This document shows, piece by piece, positions 52,397 to 64,000 of a DNA stretch of 64,000 nt. This DNA comes from Blasia pusilla. Its lineage: Eukaryota. Location of the stretch: contig CM114271.1 in NCBI GenBank assembly GCA_050084515.1, positions 6,262,001 through 6,326,000 of the forward strand, in the 5' to 3' direction. Both the position numbers and the translations under genes were made by a program. The notes under the pieces were generated by a model. The model did not search any database, was not told where the DNA came from, and saw only the letters and a list, made by a program, of their open reading frames with translations. Numbering within the stretch: position 1 is the first letter of the stretch; the number at the start of each line of letters is the position of its first letter.

Positions 52397-55199
52397 TATC
52401 TCTACCTACGATGACATACATCTCTCGGACGCAAGAAGAGCAAGAAGGCCGGGTGCTCATGTGGCCCCATCGTTAGTCGTCTTCTTATCATCTATGTCAC
52501 AGATATAAATCGGAATATAGAACTACCTACGCTATAAACATCTAGGACACATCCATCGTCCCTTAGGAACCCTAGTGATAGGCGGCATCAAACATGCCAT
52601 ATGCCATCCTCTCGAACATCCATCATAGACTAGCATAATGGCTCCACCGCGGGCAGAACCACACAACATACATCGCAAGCCTGTAACCATCACTCGCTTA
52701 ATCAGGCAACATCAAGAGCTTAAGTATTGGAGGGTGAAGTTTCCTCACTCGCTTTGTCAAGAAATGCAACCAACTCTATCCACTTGGAGAACTGCTCAAC
52801 CATCACCAACACATAACAACTATGGAGCTCCATCAAAGATAAAGGCCTTGCAAAATCCAACTTCATCTTTAACCTAAACCCATGATCAAAAGTGGATGCA
52901 ACTGTGGAGTTGGACCATTGAATGATGCTCGGACTTGATCACACATCATGCATCTGGCAACAAATTTTCGAACGTCAGTCTACATGCCTCGCCACCAATA
53001 CTGAATCTGGAGCAAGTTGTACGTTTGCTTCACTCCAAAATGACCCAACTCCTCGTGGGCATGACGCACCAAACGTGCTCTCTACAAAGGATAAGGCACT
53101 ACACGCACTCTACCATCCTCCCACACTTGCAACACATGTGTCCCCTCCCACCGAAACCATCTGTCTCGCTGTAGGATCCGATCCGGATCTCTAGCATCCA
53201 CTCTGCTCGCAACACTGCCAATACGCAAGTACTCCTAGACTATTCCATCATCGTGAATATCTCGGCCACATGTCGTCTCCTCACCGACCTCTAGATCTAA
53301 GGACTCTCCATCAGACCTCGCCACCGAAGTCTCAATAATTTGGCTCTCCATAGCCAAGAAGCCCAAATAGCCTGACGCATGCCATCCTGGCACCAACTTC
53401 TCATCACTCTTTCCATGCCATCGAGCTCCGATCGCATCTCGTAGACTCAAGCATGGGTTACAACTCAAACCATCTGCATCTAGGTTGAGCATCCCAGGTC
53501 TATGTACCACCTGGAAGTCATACTCCTGCAACAAAAGAGCCCACCTCGCAAGCTTCCCTATAAGCTTGTGGGACTCCATCAACCACTTAAGTGACTGATG
53601 ATCAGTAATGATGGTAAAGGGATTGCCGAATAGATAATATGTGAAATGTGCGACAGCCTACACTGCAGCCAAACACTCACCCTTATACGAGCTATACTTC
53701 GCCTCTACAGTGTTGTTTGAGTGACTTGCGTAAGCACCACAAACTCTCTACCATCATCGTCATGTTGGGTGAGCACGGCTCCAAGCCCCAACATGCTCCA
53801 ATCGACATGCAATTGGAAAGGACGCCCCGTGATCGGTCTCCTCAATATTGGCGCAGACGTCAATCTGTCCTTGAGCTGCTGAAATGCTCTCTCCTGCTCA
53901 TCCCCCCACTGCCACTCTTGATCCACCTTCGTCATTAAGGTTAGCGGCTTTGCAATCAAACTCAAACCCTTGACGTACCGTCAATAGAAGATCGCCAATC
54001 CCATGAATGCACAAACTCGACTTACATTTGTAGGGCGTGGAATGCGTGAAATACCCTCTATCTTCGTCTACTGCGCACAAAGGCCCCTTGGGTATATCGT
54101 ATAACTCAAGTACTCAATCAAGTAGTTGAAGAACTTGCACTTGCCTGGATGTAGCTTCAGCCCATGTTACTGCAATCATCGGAACGCCTCCTCTAGATGT
54201 CACTGATGCTCCTCAACCGTGGCGCTAAAGACTACGATGTCATCAATATAACACCTACCAAAATCCAGACCTGTCAAGATCCTATCCATAATACTCTGAA
54301 ACTCAATCGAGGCGTTCTTTAATCCAAATGGTAAGAACCGCCACTGATACAAATAATCCTTCCCCTGAGGATCGATGCCATCTTCTGCGTGTCCTCCAAT
54401 CTAATAGACGGCGGATGATATAAGGCTCAAAGATCTAACGAACTGAAGACCTTGCATATCCAATAGCATCAAAGATCTCCTCAGGGGTGGGCATGGCATA
54501 CTTATCGGACTTTGTCTGCACACATCCGCCTATCCGTCCAATTGCCATGCACATCCTTCTTGGCGGGCATGACAATGGCAGATGTATACTCTGCATGCGA
54601 CATCTCCACTAGTCGTGCTCCAACCAAGTCCTGGCTCCTACTCTGAATCAGAGCCCTCTCCATATCACTATACGTGTAGGGTCGTGGAAAGATCGGCATG
54701 TCACTAGACAACCCAATGCGGATCCCTGGACCCTTTAGCATACCCAAATCATTCATACTAAATGCAAAACAACTCTTATAACTCCTCTGGAACTGATGTA
54801 TCCAGCGCCGCTATTCGCGTGTCAACTTAGAGCCCATATCTGGTTCCTAAGTCTCCATCGTGACTATGGCAAGACTCTTCGGCGCGGGTGTAGGTGGTTG
54901 CTATGATACAACCCTGTCTCGGATAACCGAACTCGATTGCTCTCCTACAGCCAACTGCAAAATTGGATCTCCATGTGCAATACCCGACACCACGCTCGAT
55001 GTTGTGGCTACCATCTCCTGACGTACCTGCAAAACATCCCAAGAAGTCCAAAGGTGTCTCTCCTGATCACCCCTGGTCTGTCGATCTCCTCGGGTCTCGC
55101 CCCCAACCACTACCTCAATCGTCTTGATAGGCATGGGGCTCACCACCGCAACAGTTGTGATCTGTCGCATCCGCAAACGACGCTGCTCAACTACTCCTA

Positions 55200-56140
55200 A
55201 GCTGAAAATCCATGTCAAGCAATTCACGTCCATTGCCTCACCCAAGACATGACGTCGTGATAGCGATGGTACTGCCGTCACTCCTGTGGGGAATCGCATT
55301 GCTCGCTCTCGCTCATCGGCATTGGGTTCCACCAACCTTGGTACCTCGTCATCTCATACCAAGCTAGGTCCGGCCTCTTTGAATGCATAGGAAACGGGAA
55401 AACTCACAAATATGGGAAAGGCTCCCCGTGGCATGCCAATCCTCTTGACCACAGTTAACGGAAATAGATCATCGTGCCTCACTGCCTTTGATCGATTTGG
55501 ATCCATAATGGAATCCACCAACAAATTGGAGGGGCGCTCCACTCTTGCATACACCCTCCGTAAAACCTCATGTGGGACCAAGTTGGTCCACCAAAGATGC
55601 GGGCGGTGTGCGCTAGAACCTACACTCGCCGCATCCAACAATACTGTTGGGCCGATCCATGCGCGCACATGATGTGCACTCGTCACCACGCAGGACCTTG
55701 AATCGCCCAAAATCGGCACATTCTCCAGAAGAAATAGTGGCGAACCAGGCTAACGCTCTTGTAAATGTCGCAAGATTCGCATCATCTCCCCAAATAACCT
55801 TAACCAAGTGTCAATGACCCGCTACCTCGTCCGTCCAACACTCAATTGGCCCTAACACGGCCAACCAGCAATGACCAAGTCTATGGTCCCTACCCGGTCC
55901 GAGTCTTTCGCCCCCAACAATCAAATGTCCCTCGGTAGGAAACTATGGTCACCCTGGATGGCGGATGCAGACAACAAGTCGAGAAAACCGGGGTGTAACT
56001 GCGCCACATGGTGAAGTGAAGCACGCCTCGCAACATCATCAATCTCCAGATACAAGTATTGTTGCACGCGTACTCCAGCCTACAAAACAACAACTAAACC
56101 AGTGCTAATCCCGCCAAAGAGATCTAGCACGCGAATACCC
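55200..56140 (-). pseudogene. Retrotransposon-borne DNA (cytosine-5) methyltransferase domain, DNMT3-like, with premature stops
   Basis: One frame: motif I VLDLFGGISTG (56098-56130), II YLYLEID (56038-56058), III PRDI*LL, IV IDLVIAGWPC*G (55855-55884), VI FLLENV (55717-55734), VIII AHRPHLWWTNL (55579-55611), IX ERERAMRFPTG (55282-55314), X RRHVLGEAMDV (55225-55257). Confidence 0.9.
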
Positions 56141-57279
56141 TCCTCAAGAATGCACCACACAATCAGGATGGTGTCCAAAGGGGTCATAGTAGCACTCCTT
56201 GCTACCTCGGGTTCCTCTAACCCATCACGCTCTGGTGCAAACTTCTCGCTCCATGCGGTCTGCATATGCTCATAGGCTAAGTGGCGAAGCTCCTTAGTCC
56301 AGCTCCAAAGCGGCACCTCTCCTCCACGGAATGATACGGCTACCATGACACTCCTCTATATAGAAATGCTAGGAACGAAAGTGTCCTATGCGTGGATATG
56401 TCCTTCAATCAAATCACTAGGCCAAATGATGGTGCTCCTAAATGATGCCAAGGTCGCCATCTCTCCTAGTCGTCGCTCGATCACTCCATCCGTGAATCGA
56501 ACGGTAATAAACAAGGTCGTCCATCCCCGGACTGCCATCCTGGTCTGTAGGATGCTGACTCCTCCTAGTAGTTGAGGGAAAACCCCATCATGTACAATAC
56601 TCCTCCACCAACCAAGACGTCGTAGGACTCTACATCGGTGACTATCGCCTTGGCTCGCACTGCCGACTCATCTGTAGGATGTCCCGGGCGAATCCTCACC
56701 ACCACCTCTTATCGGGTGATATACTGTGTGGTACTTGCTCCACCCAAGGATGTATGTATCCAGAATGGACAACGATCCATATCGGCTCTCGTCAAGCCCA
56801 ATCCTCTAAATGACGCTTTCCCCAACATCAAGGGTTGCGCTCGTGAATCCAACAAGACGCATTGCGGACTAAAATCTCTACCTCTAGGAGTCACCAACTA
56901 GAAGACCTCTCCCCGGTTAACCAGCAACATGACACCAGGAGAAGCCATGGCATGCTCTATCGCGGGTCTAGCGGGCATCTCCGCCATCCTAGCACCCGCA
57001 CCCTGCCATGAATCTGTGGTGGATGGCCTGAGCATTCGCTCCAAGGGCAGGTCCATCACCTCCTCTACAATCACCTCAAAACGTGATGCACGAACTCCAA
57101 CTCCACGCTCACATAGTGTAACGGCCAACCGAAACACCTTGGCGGGAGTACCTCCCAATCGGAAGCAGAAAATAGCAGAGCACTGTACACCATGATGGCC
57201 GCCCCCAACATTGTACTCGAAACATGCCCCTCTTGAGCATCAGCAATAGGAGTTTTCGTACTTGTTTCTCCCATCTCCC

Positions 57280-58392
57280 TCAATAGCAGTTGTAGTCTTT
57301 TATTGCTTTGTCTGATTACCATGCACATTTTGCAAACTTCCACGCTGTAGGTCATGGCATTTATCAGGGTTTCAATTTTTGGTTTTCCTATCGCACCATT
57401 TTTCATCATTCCCCTTAGTTACATCTACGCTTCAATACAAACCGGCTGTTGCAACAAGCTCATTCTGCACACTACCATCAACTAGTATATTTCCGTCATT
57501 CAAAAACCGGCTCTTGAGGCCAGCTGCCTCTACGCACTACCATCGGACTCTATTTTTCCTTTGTTGCAAACTTTCAAATGCTCCAAAATTTTAAATTCCC
57601 GTCCCATATTGGTTACAGAAATATATGGAGCCAACTACATCCCTCTTTATTCACCCTACTCACCACAAATATATTTTGGATCTAAAGTAATATCCTACCT
57701 TACCTTAACTAAGTCTTAACTGCTGAACACTTTAAATTTGGATTATGCACTTTATGTTATTATGACTCCTTCTCCATCTCACATAAATATACCTGCCGCA
57801 TACTTGTTTCAGATCAAACTCCATTATATTTTATACACTTTAAATTTGGATTGCTTTCATTAAAACCCCTACAAGTATTTTTCTTCAAACGAAAATATTG
57901 TTTCTTTCTTCTTCTTTTTTCTATATTCTTACGTCTTCTACAACTATGTATCAATTACTTTCTTCTCCCCTTAAAAGTTTAGGAAAATGAGAAGACACAA
58001 AAAAGAGAAGAAAAACTAAAAAGGGTGGTGGTGGTGATCTCGAGGTTCGTCTCCCTCCACCTCCGGAAAGCCCTACAAGCTCTCCGAGCTAACTAGGCTA
58101 TGGTTGCGGGCTAACTGGCTCCGGTTGAGACTACACACGGCGACGCGGTTAGGGCTTTCTTCTTTGGACATCGCCTGCAATGATCGGGGAGATCCGGGGT
58201 TACAAGTAAGGCTAGCCGGTTAAATCTGAGAATTTCCGATTAATTTTAAAGCTGCCTACGAAAAACCGGTTGGATTTGAGGACGCTCTTTGTATTTCGTA
58301 TCTGAAAACCGGTTCATAAACCGGAATTTCCGTTTCCGATTTACCATTCCCGGTAATGTATCGGGTCCCACGGAAAAACTCCCCGAACCCTG
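57280..58392 (-). mobile_element. hAT-like DNA transposon end fragment
   Basis: Terminus CAGGGTTCG on the - strand (cgaaccctg, 58384-58392) with clustered AAACCGG/CCGGT subterminal motifs (58120-58360). The other end was not found; it abuts the truncated Gypsy-DNMT element. Confidence 0.4.
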
Positions 58393-59093
58393 ATCGCCTG
58401 TCCTCATTTGTTTCGCTTTTGCGAGATGACCTGTATGCGATGCGCTACCCGATCTAGCAGATTTCCACAGCAGCAGATGAAGTTTCTTGCGGAGCCAGCG
58501 AGTGCGTGCAGGAATGCGTGGCGTGCGCGAATTCTAGATCTAGCTATGGCAGCGATGGATGATTAGACTCCAAAATGTAGGTACCTGTGTACTCGTACAT
58601 TAGGAGCACGATTTGTAGGCCCGCGGATGGCGCATATTCCGTTCGAGGATCGATTCTCGAATCTCGAGGGTTCCAGAGCTGTCGGTGTGGCGTATTTTTC
58701 CGTTTTCGCGAGCCGATTCCTCACCGAACCGTCATAGTGGGAACATTCTCGGTATCGCATCGCATGCAGATTATCTCGGACCTGGGATTGCCCCGTGAAC
58801 AGGGCCCTCTCTCCTCCCCAACATGTCAGCCTCAACGCGTGCAATCGCTCCAAGTTCGGTCAACTGTCCAATCCGAGAGGAAATCGTCGCAGTGGGAACA
58901 TTCTCGTCCGCCTTTCTGTGCAGCGCGAAGGGGCTCCAATTTTGCACTGCTATCGTTCACGGGAGACACGCGGAGAAATTCTTCCAGAGATTCAAACGGC
59001 GACGCGTCCTGGCCGTGTACAGCAGCTAGCTAGCTTCCGTAGCTCATCACAGACGTCTCGACTAACAGTCGAAACTCGGACAGGAAAGGGAGA

Positions 59094-60177
59094 TTGCTTG
59101 TAGAGATTCCCTTCGAGTTGAGGCCAGAGCCGTTCTCCCCACTTTCTCCTCCTTAGTTACCTCCGGTCAGTCTCAGCTCCAATCTTCCTTGATGGAAGCC
59201 CACTTTAAGGCAGTTTTTAGAGGCACTATGTCTGACGGGAATATCCCCATGGAGGTTAGGGCCCGTATTCGCTCTTGCTCCGGAAAGGGGGAAGGCTCAA
59301 GGGTAGGGGCGCGCCCCCTTCTCCAGGCTTTCCGTATCGCACCACTTACCTATACCACAGCGATGCGGTTCCGCTTGGGCCTCCCCCAACCATCGGTGGT
59401 TGGTTGGACACACTGCGAGTGTCGCCGGAGCCTGGATCCACTTGGTGTGCATTTGGCACGCTGTCCAGTTGGGGGTGAGAGGATAGCCACTCACGATGCA
59501 GTGCGGGATATCATGTTCACTATTGCTCGAGAGCGTGGCTTCCATGTGCAGAGAGAGAGGCACTACTCCATGCAGGATTCCCTCATTCGTGCCGATCTCT
59601 ACATGACACGTGAGGTTGAGGTGGTTTTGGCGGACGTGGTAGTCACAGATCCTACGCGGGAGGCGGTCGAGCCCAAGTGGTGGCCCAGGCGAATGCTACA
59701 AGGAGCGGCGGCGGCGGCGGCGGCGAAGAAGACACATATCTCTGATCGACTACACGAGGGACACATCTTCATCCCCCGGCCATAGAGATGTATGGGGCTA
59801 TGGGGAGAGGTTCGACTTCGTTCTTACGGATCGCGCCCATCATCTCCACTCGAGAAATGGGTTGTCCTTAGCTCTGCGTCTCAGTATTGTAGGCGGCGAG
59901 TCTCCATAGCGTTGGCGTGCCAGGCTAATGGGATTTTGCGGCGGGCTCAGTGTGGGAGGCTGGCGCTAGAGGCCCACTTAGTAGTAGTCATAGCTCTCTT
60001 GTTGTTCTTGATATTGTCTCTGTTGTTGGTGAGTTTAGTCGTTAGGGGGAATGCCCCCTTCTTCCTTTTCTGGTCCTGTTGTGGCCTTCAGGTTTTGACT
60101 CTTTGAGTCCCCCTCTTTTGTACTTCCGATGGGTTTTCCATCACTCGTTTTTATCGAAGTGCATCTTCGTTTTCAGT
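59094..60177 (+). mobile_element. 5'-truncated CRE-like non-LTR retrotransposon (CCHC Zn knuckle + restriction-like endonuclease) with TSD
   Basis: ORF with MRFRLGLP, CEC..LDPLGVHLARC, HDAVRD, RADL..LADVVVTDP, FIP/AIEMYG. Flanked by gacaggaaagggaga (59079-59093) and gactggaaagggaga (60178-60192). Confidence 0.8.
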
Positions 60178-60818
60178 GACTGGAAAGGGAGAAAGGACGG
60201 GGGGGGAGAAGAAATTAAAGCCGCGATTGCTTTCAGAGGAAAGCATCAACATCGATGCACGCGCAGACGGTTTTTCCAAAGGTTAACCAGTTTTCCACTC
60301 CTATTTGATTTACTGGCACCATTTTTCCACATCTTTTCCTATTCCTTCCCCAACGCGTGTTATTCGGACATGTTTTCAAAGCATATTCTAAGTGTCCACT
60401 TTTAAGCTCGGGTTCTGTTTGCTACCGCGGTCACTTTCTTTTTCTTCTTCAAAGGCATTCCCGGCTTTTTTTTTTAGTTAGAAAGCCTTCTGCGGTGCTT
60501 TTTAGTCGGTAATGTTGAGTGCTCCTTCATTTTGCTAATTCTTCTCTTATTGGCATTTGGTAGTTTCGTCCAATAAGGTCCAATGAGATCATTTGGTTTT
60601 TTTAAAAGAATCATTTGAAATTGATTGAAAATGGCACTTGAAAAAAAGAATCATTTGAATTTGACTGAAAATGGCACCTAAAAATTGTGAAAATTATTTA
60701 TGGGAGGTAATATAAACCCGTGCGATGTACTAGTTTTTCTTTAAACCTCGGAAATCATTTGGACCTAAAATCCAAACCTTTTGGGCTAGAGGTTCTAACA
60801 ACCTCTTGTACAAGGGTG

Positions 60819-60973
60819 CTAGGCGATGCCCGTGTGATGCACGGATGAAATCGGCCCCATCCCCCTTAACTCCTGTTAAACCCGCCACATGTCAGCATGG
60901 GAAGGGTCTAAAATGCATGTGTCATATAGAGAAAGCCCCTGCCTGAAACCCCATGCTCTTTTAATAGTATAGA
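60819..60973 (-). mobile_element. Mini-Helitron (155 bp)
   Basis: CTAG at 60819-60822, hairpin ccgtgtgatgcacgg, 5' end taatagtataga|t at 60962-60974. Confidence 0.7.
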
Positions 60974-60974
60974 T

Positions 60975-61500
60975 TGCATTGCAATGAGTGCTTTTGTACC
61001 AAAGATTTCACTTGAGAGACATAACCAAATAATCCAAGCCTTCTACCATTTTCTTCTTCATGAACTTGATTTTTTTCCGCCATCAAATAACCCGAACCTT
61101 GGTGCCAAAGATTAAGAGATTTCCGTCCTTCCAACTTTGACAGGTAAGAGGAATCTTGCTCTTCTACCACAACAATTCCCCACACGATCACCGTGTGCCA
61201 TTACCTTAACATTCAATGTCTAAGGTTTTTCTTGTTGTATCCAACAAACTTTTGAAGTGAAAAAACAATCTCATGAGCAGAGTCTGTAATTTTTGCCGAT
61301 AACTCAAATGCTATAATGCATTGGTATTGGTGAAGAAGTTCAGATTTCCTTGTTTCTTGAAAATTGAGGATGTTGATTCCCTTTTATCAATATCTCCCTC
61401 ATTTGTACATGCAACATAGAGCTTTACTTCATCTTCGATGACATTTCCTATATCTTTGCATACCTTATTTTAGATCGATTGTTAGTAGTATGGTATGCCT
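60975..61500 (-). mobile_element. Possible Ty1/Copia relic (GAG-pre-integrase-like)
   Basis: LNLWHQGSGYL followed by KKKMVEGL resembles LWHxRLGH...MVxGL; very degenerate. Confidence 0.3.
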
Positions 61501-62199
61501 AGTCTTGTTCAACAGTTTGTAGCTAAATGCAATAGTCCCTAATAGAGTGGAAGGGTTATTTTATACTTTGACACCAAACTAACATCCTTGATCGATCATA
61601 GGGTTATGATAGCAATTGATCTTAAACTTTAAAAGACCTTTACCAAAAATCAAAATGCCATGTAGGTGACTGTTTGTCTTGGTGGAGGAATTTTTTTTGT
61701 TAGCAAGATCAAGCAAGGACCGAATTAAGAATTTCTTGATTGAATACCAAGTCACTTTGGCGCTTCAAGAAATTTGGGTGGTGATTATTGTAACATCTTA
61801 GTAAGCTGACATGTAGAGTTATCCTATGTCATTGGCATGGAAGGTCAATGGGTTATTCGGACATATCTTAGTCCCAAGATGGCGGATGAGATTTGAGCTA
61901 GGTCCATTGCATCGGAATTTTTATGTAGAATAATTCCCCTCTTTGAGTCGTTTTAGGCCAAGGGTATAAGAGAGAAATCGATGACTTTCTCGACCATCTT
62001 TCTTATGTTGAACCTTTTATCACATCTTTGAGCATGGATCGACATGTATCCATAAAGCACCTTCGAGGAGATCGAAAGATAGCCTCACGAGGTCCAAGAT
62101 AATCTGCTTAAGCCTCAATTACCTTGAGAGAGCGAGTTTCCCCTTCATTTTGGCTCATTTGGAGCTATATTGAGGAACTTTCTATTTCACATAAGTTCC

Positions 62200-63143
62200 T
62201 ATAATGATCATATTTGACTTTTCTTTGATCCCCTGTAGTAGGTCAAAAGCCAAGAAGAGAGGGAAGGAGATATACCCAAAGAGGGGATCGGAGCTTGAAA
62301 GCTCATTCTCTCTTCTTTGAACCTTTTGGCATGAGGCGGCGGAGCTATGATCCTCCTTCGTCGCAAACAAAAAAGTCTATAGTGCCCACGCTAGCAAGGA
62401 CCTAGGAAGCGAGTCATGATCATGAGTCCAAGAAGGGAAGATCGAGAGTTGCAAAAGCCGCAAGAAACCGCCACCAAGCCATTTTGATGGATAGTTAATC
62501 AAACACCAGTATGTGGGTCAGACACTACATTTGGGTTCAAGGCCAAAATCAAGATGTGGCTCGATTCCAAAAAATTATTTGCATTGTGAACCGTTTTGAC
62601 TTCGATTTTACATGAGAAAGATGGGTGTATGGTCTTGGTGTACATGTGTGAGTGCATTTGTGTGTGCATTTGTATGTGTGCGTGTGGATGTACCCATGTG
62701 TGTTGTGTAGATGTGAGCAGAAATATGGATTGTATAACAATGTGTATGCACGCAACATCATACAAAGATGTCGTGCGCATACACATCGTTGTCATCAAAC
62801 ACATACACAAACACGCACGATCCCATGTTTACTCATGGCATCCAAACAACGACACAAGAAGTACCAAAATATCTCTAATAAAATAAGATCCAATCTCTCT
62901 CACAACACCATAATTCTCATATGTGTGCACTCTCACATGTCTCTCTCAATGTCAAACCAAACCCACTCTCCTAATGAGAGGTTTGGGTTACACACACAAG
63001 GCAAGCAAGACCATAGCTCCGCCGGCTCATGCCAAGAGGTTCAACAAAGAGAGAATGAGCCCTCAAGCTCTCTCTCCTTGAGGTATATCCCTCCCCTCTC
63101 CCAAACTCTCTCCATGGTAACCTATGCTCCCAAGTCACCTCCC
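62200..63143. repeat. Two related LTR-like fragments arranged tail-to-tail
   Basis: The + copy ends caatgtgtatgcacgcaaca (62757). The - copy end tgtcgtgcgcatacacatcg begins at 62769 and is the same 20-mer as at 52130. Both share the internal block gctcattctctct..ttgaacct.ttggcatgag..ggcggagctatg. Confidence 0.6.
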
Positions 63144-64000
63144 AAGTGTGACTATTGTCATAGGTATGGTCATACATGCGCCACGTATTTCATTTTATAT
63201 CCTGAGTTAACGTCCGCACCGAGGGCCAAAGAGGGCACCAGAGCGAGTAGCCGGTCCAGGTGGTCCCGTTGGGGGACGAGGAGCTCGAGTTACTTGATAG
63301 GGTAGTGGAGCTGCCCGTGGAGGAGGTAGAGTCCCACCATCTAGACACGTTGAGGGAGATGTCAGACGTGAGGCTAGGATGGTTGCTCACATACAAGAGC
63401 TACAGGAGCAGATTGCCGTTGTGGCATTGAGGTTACCCAATGCTGGATCTGTGGCATCGACATCATATGGAGCAACCTGAGATACGGAGGATCGTGGTTG
63501 GATGTGCAAGGTTGCCCAGATGAAGGCATCCGCAGTTGTGATGCGTGGAGCAACCGTAGAGTTGGATCCAAAGCAAGGAGAAGCCATGAAACAGACCAGG
63601 CTTCCTCAGTCTTTCACGTTGTCCGAGGCGATGAGGACCCCATTGATGGGTCTTGATCAGAGTTCTTGGAGAGTTGGTGATGTTGTTGGTGTGTGGGCAC
63701 GGATCGCAATGGGAGAAGCGAGTGCAAAGACTCCTATTCCTCATGCTCATTAGGAGCATGTGCTGAGCACGTTGTTCGGGGCGGCCACCGTTGTGTACAG
63801 CGCTCCTTTACTTTCAGCTTTCGATGTTATGACGTAAGGAGATACATCCGCCGAGGTTTTTTGGCTGGCCGCTATGCTATGTGATCGTGGAGTTGGAGTT
63901 CCTGCATCACGTTCAGAGGTGATTGCAGAGGAGGTGATGGAGATGCCCTCGGAGGTGATGCTCGGGCCATCCACGTCAGATTCATGGCAGGCTGCGGCTG
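63144..64000 (+). mobile_element. Second member of the Gypsy-DNMT family (gag Zn knuckle to pre-protease region), runs off the window
   Basis: KCDYCHRYGHT Zn knuckle. 63705-64000 aligns by eye to the reverse complement of 56995-57275 (e.g. cgtggagttggagtt..tgcatcacgtt..gaggtgattg.agaggaggtgatgga; ggccatccac..cagattcatggcag). Confidence 0.8.

Noticed and set aside
55200-56140. Host DNMT3/DRM gene or bacterial restriction-modification contaminant
   Set aside because: It has no introns or host accessory domains, lies collinearly between retroviral-type protease and RT, and is decayed like the rest of the element.

Overview
This is eukaryotic, most likely non-flowering land-plant DNA (inferred from a BYPASS1/DUF793-like gene, an F-box/LRR-like relic and the TE families present), and it is dominated by transposable elements. 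Host-type sequence is limited to one intact intronless BPS1-like gene (1858-2895, -) and a probable F-box/LRR pseudogene (~35.9-37.8 kb, -). TEs include a solo LTR (8287-9552), a 9.3-kb Helitron with both termini (10182-19511, -), three 155-190-bp mini-Helitrons with the same ends, and a full-length Ty3/Gypsy chromovirus (22564-29903) with LTRs, TSD and PBS. There are also pogo/Tigger, CACTA-like, hAT-like and Copia-like relics, and two CRE-like (RLE-type) non-LTR retrotransposon copies. The main finding is a degenerate Ty3/Gypsy element (~52.1-57.3 kb, -) whose pol carries, between protease and RT, a DNMT3-like C5 cytosine methyltransferase domain with motifs I, II, IV, VI, VIII, IX and X in one reading frame. 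A second member of the family starts at ~63.1 kb (+) and runs out of the window. Several long near-perfect hairpins also occur. All protein calls come from reading motifs by eye; no searches were run.
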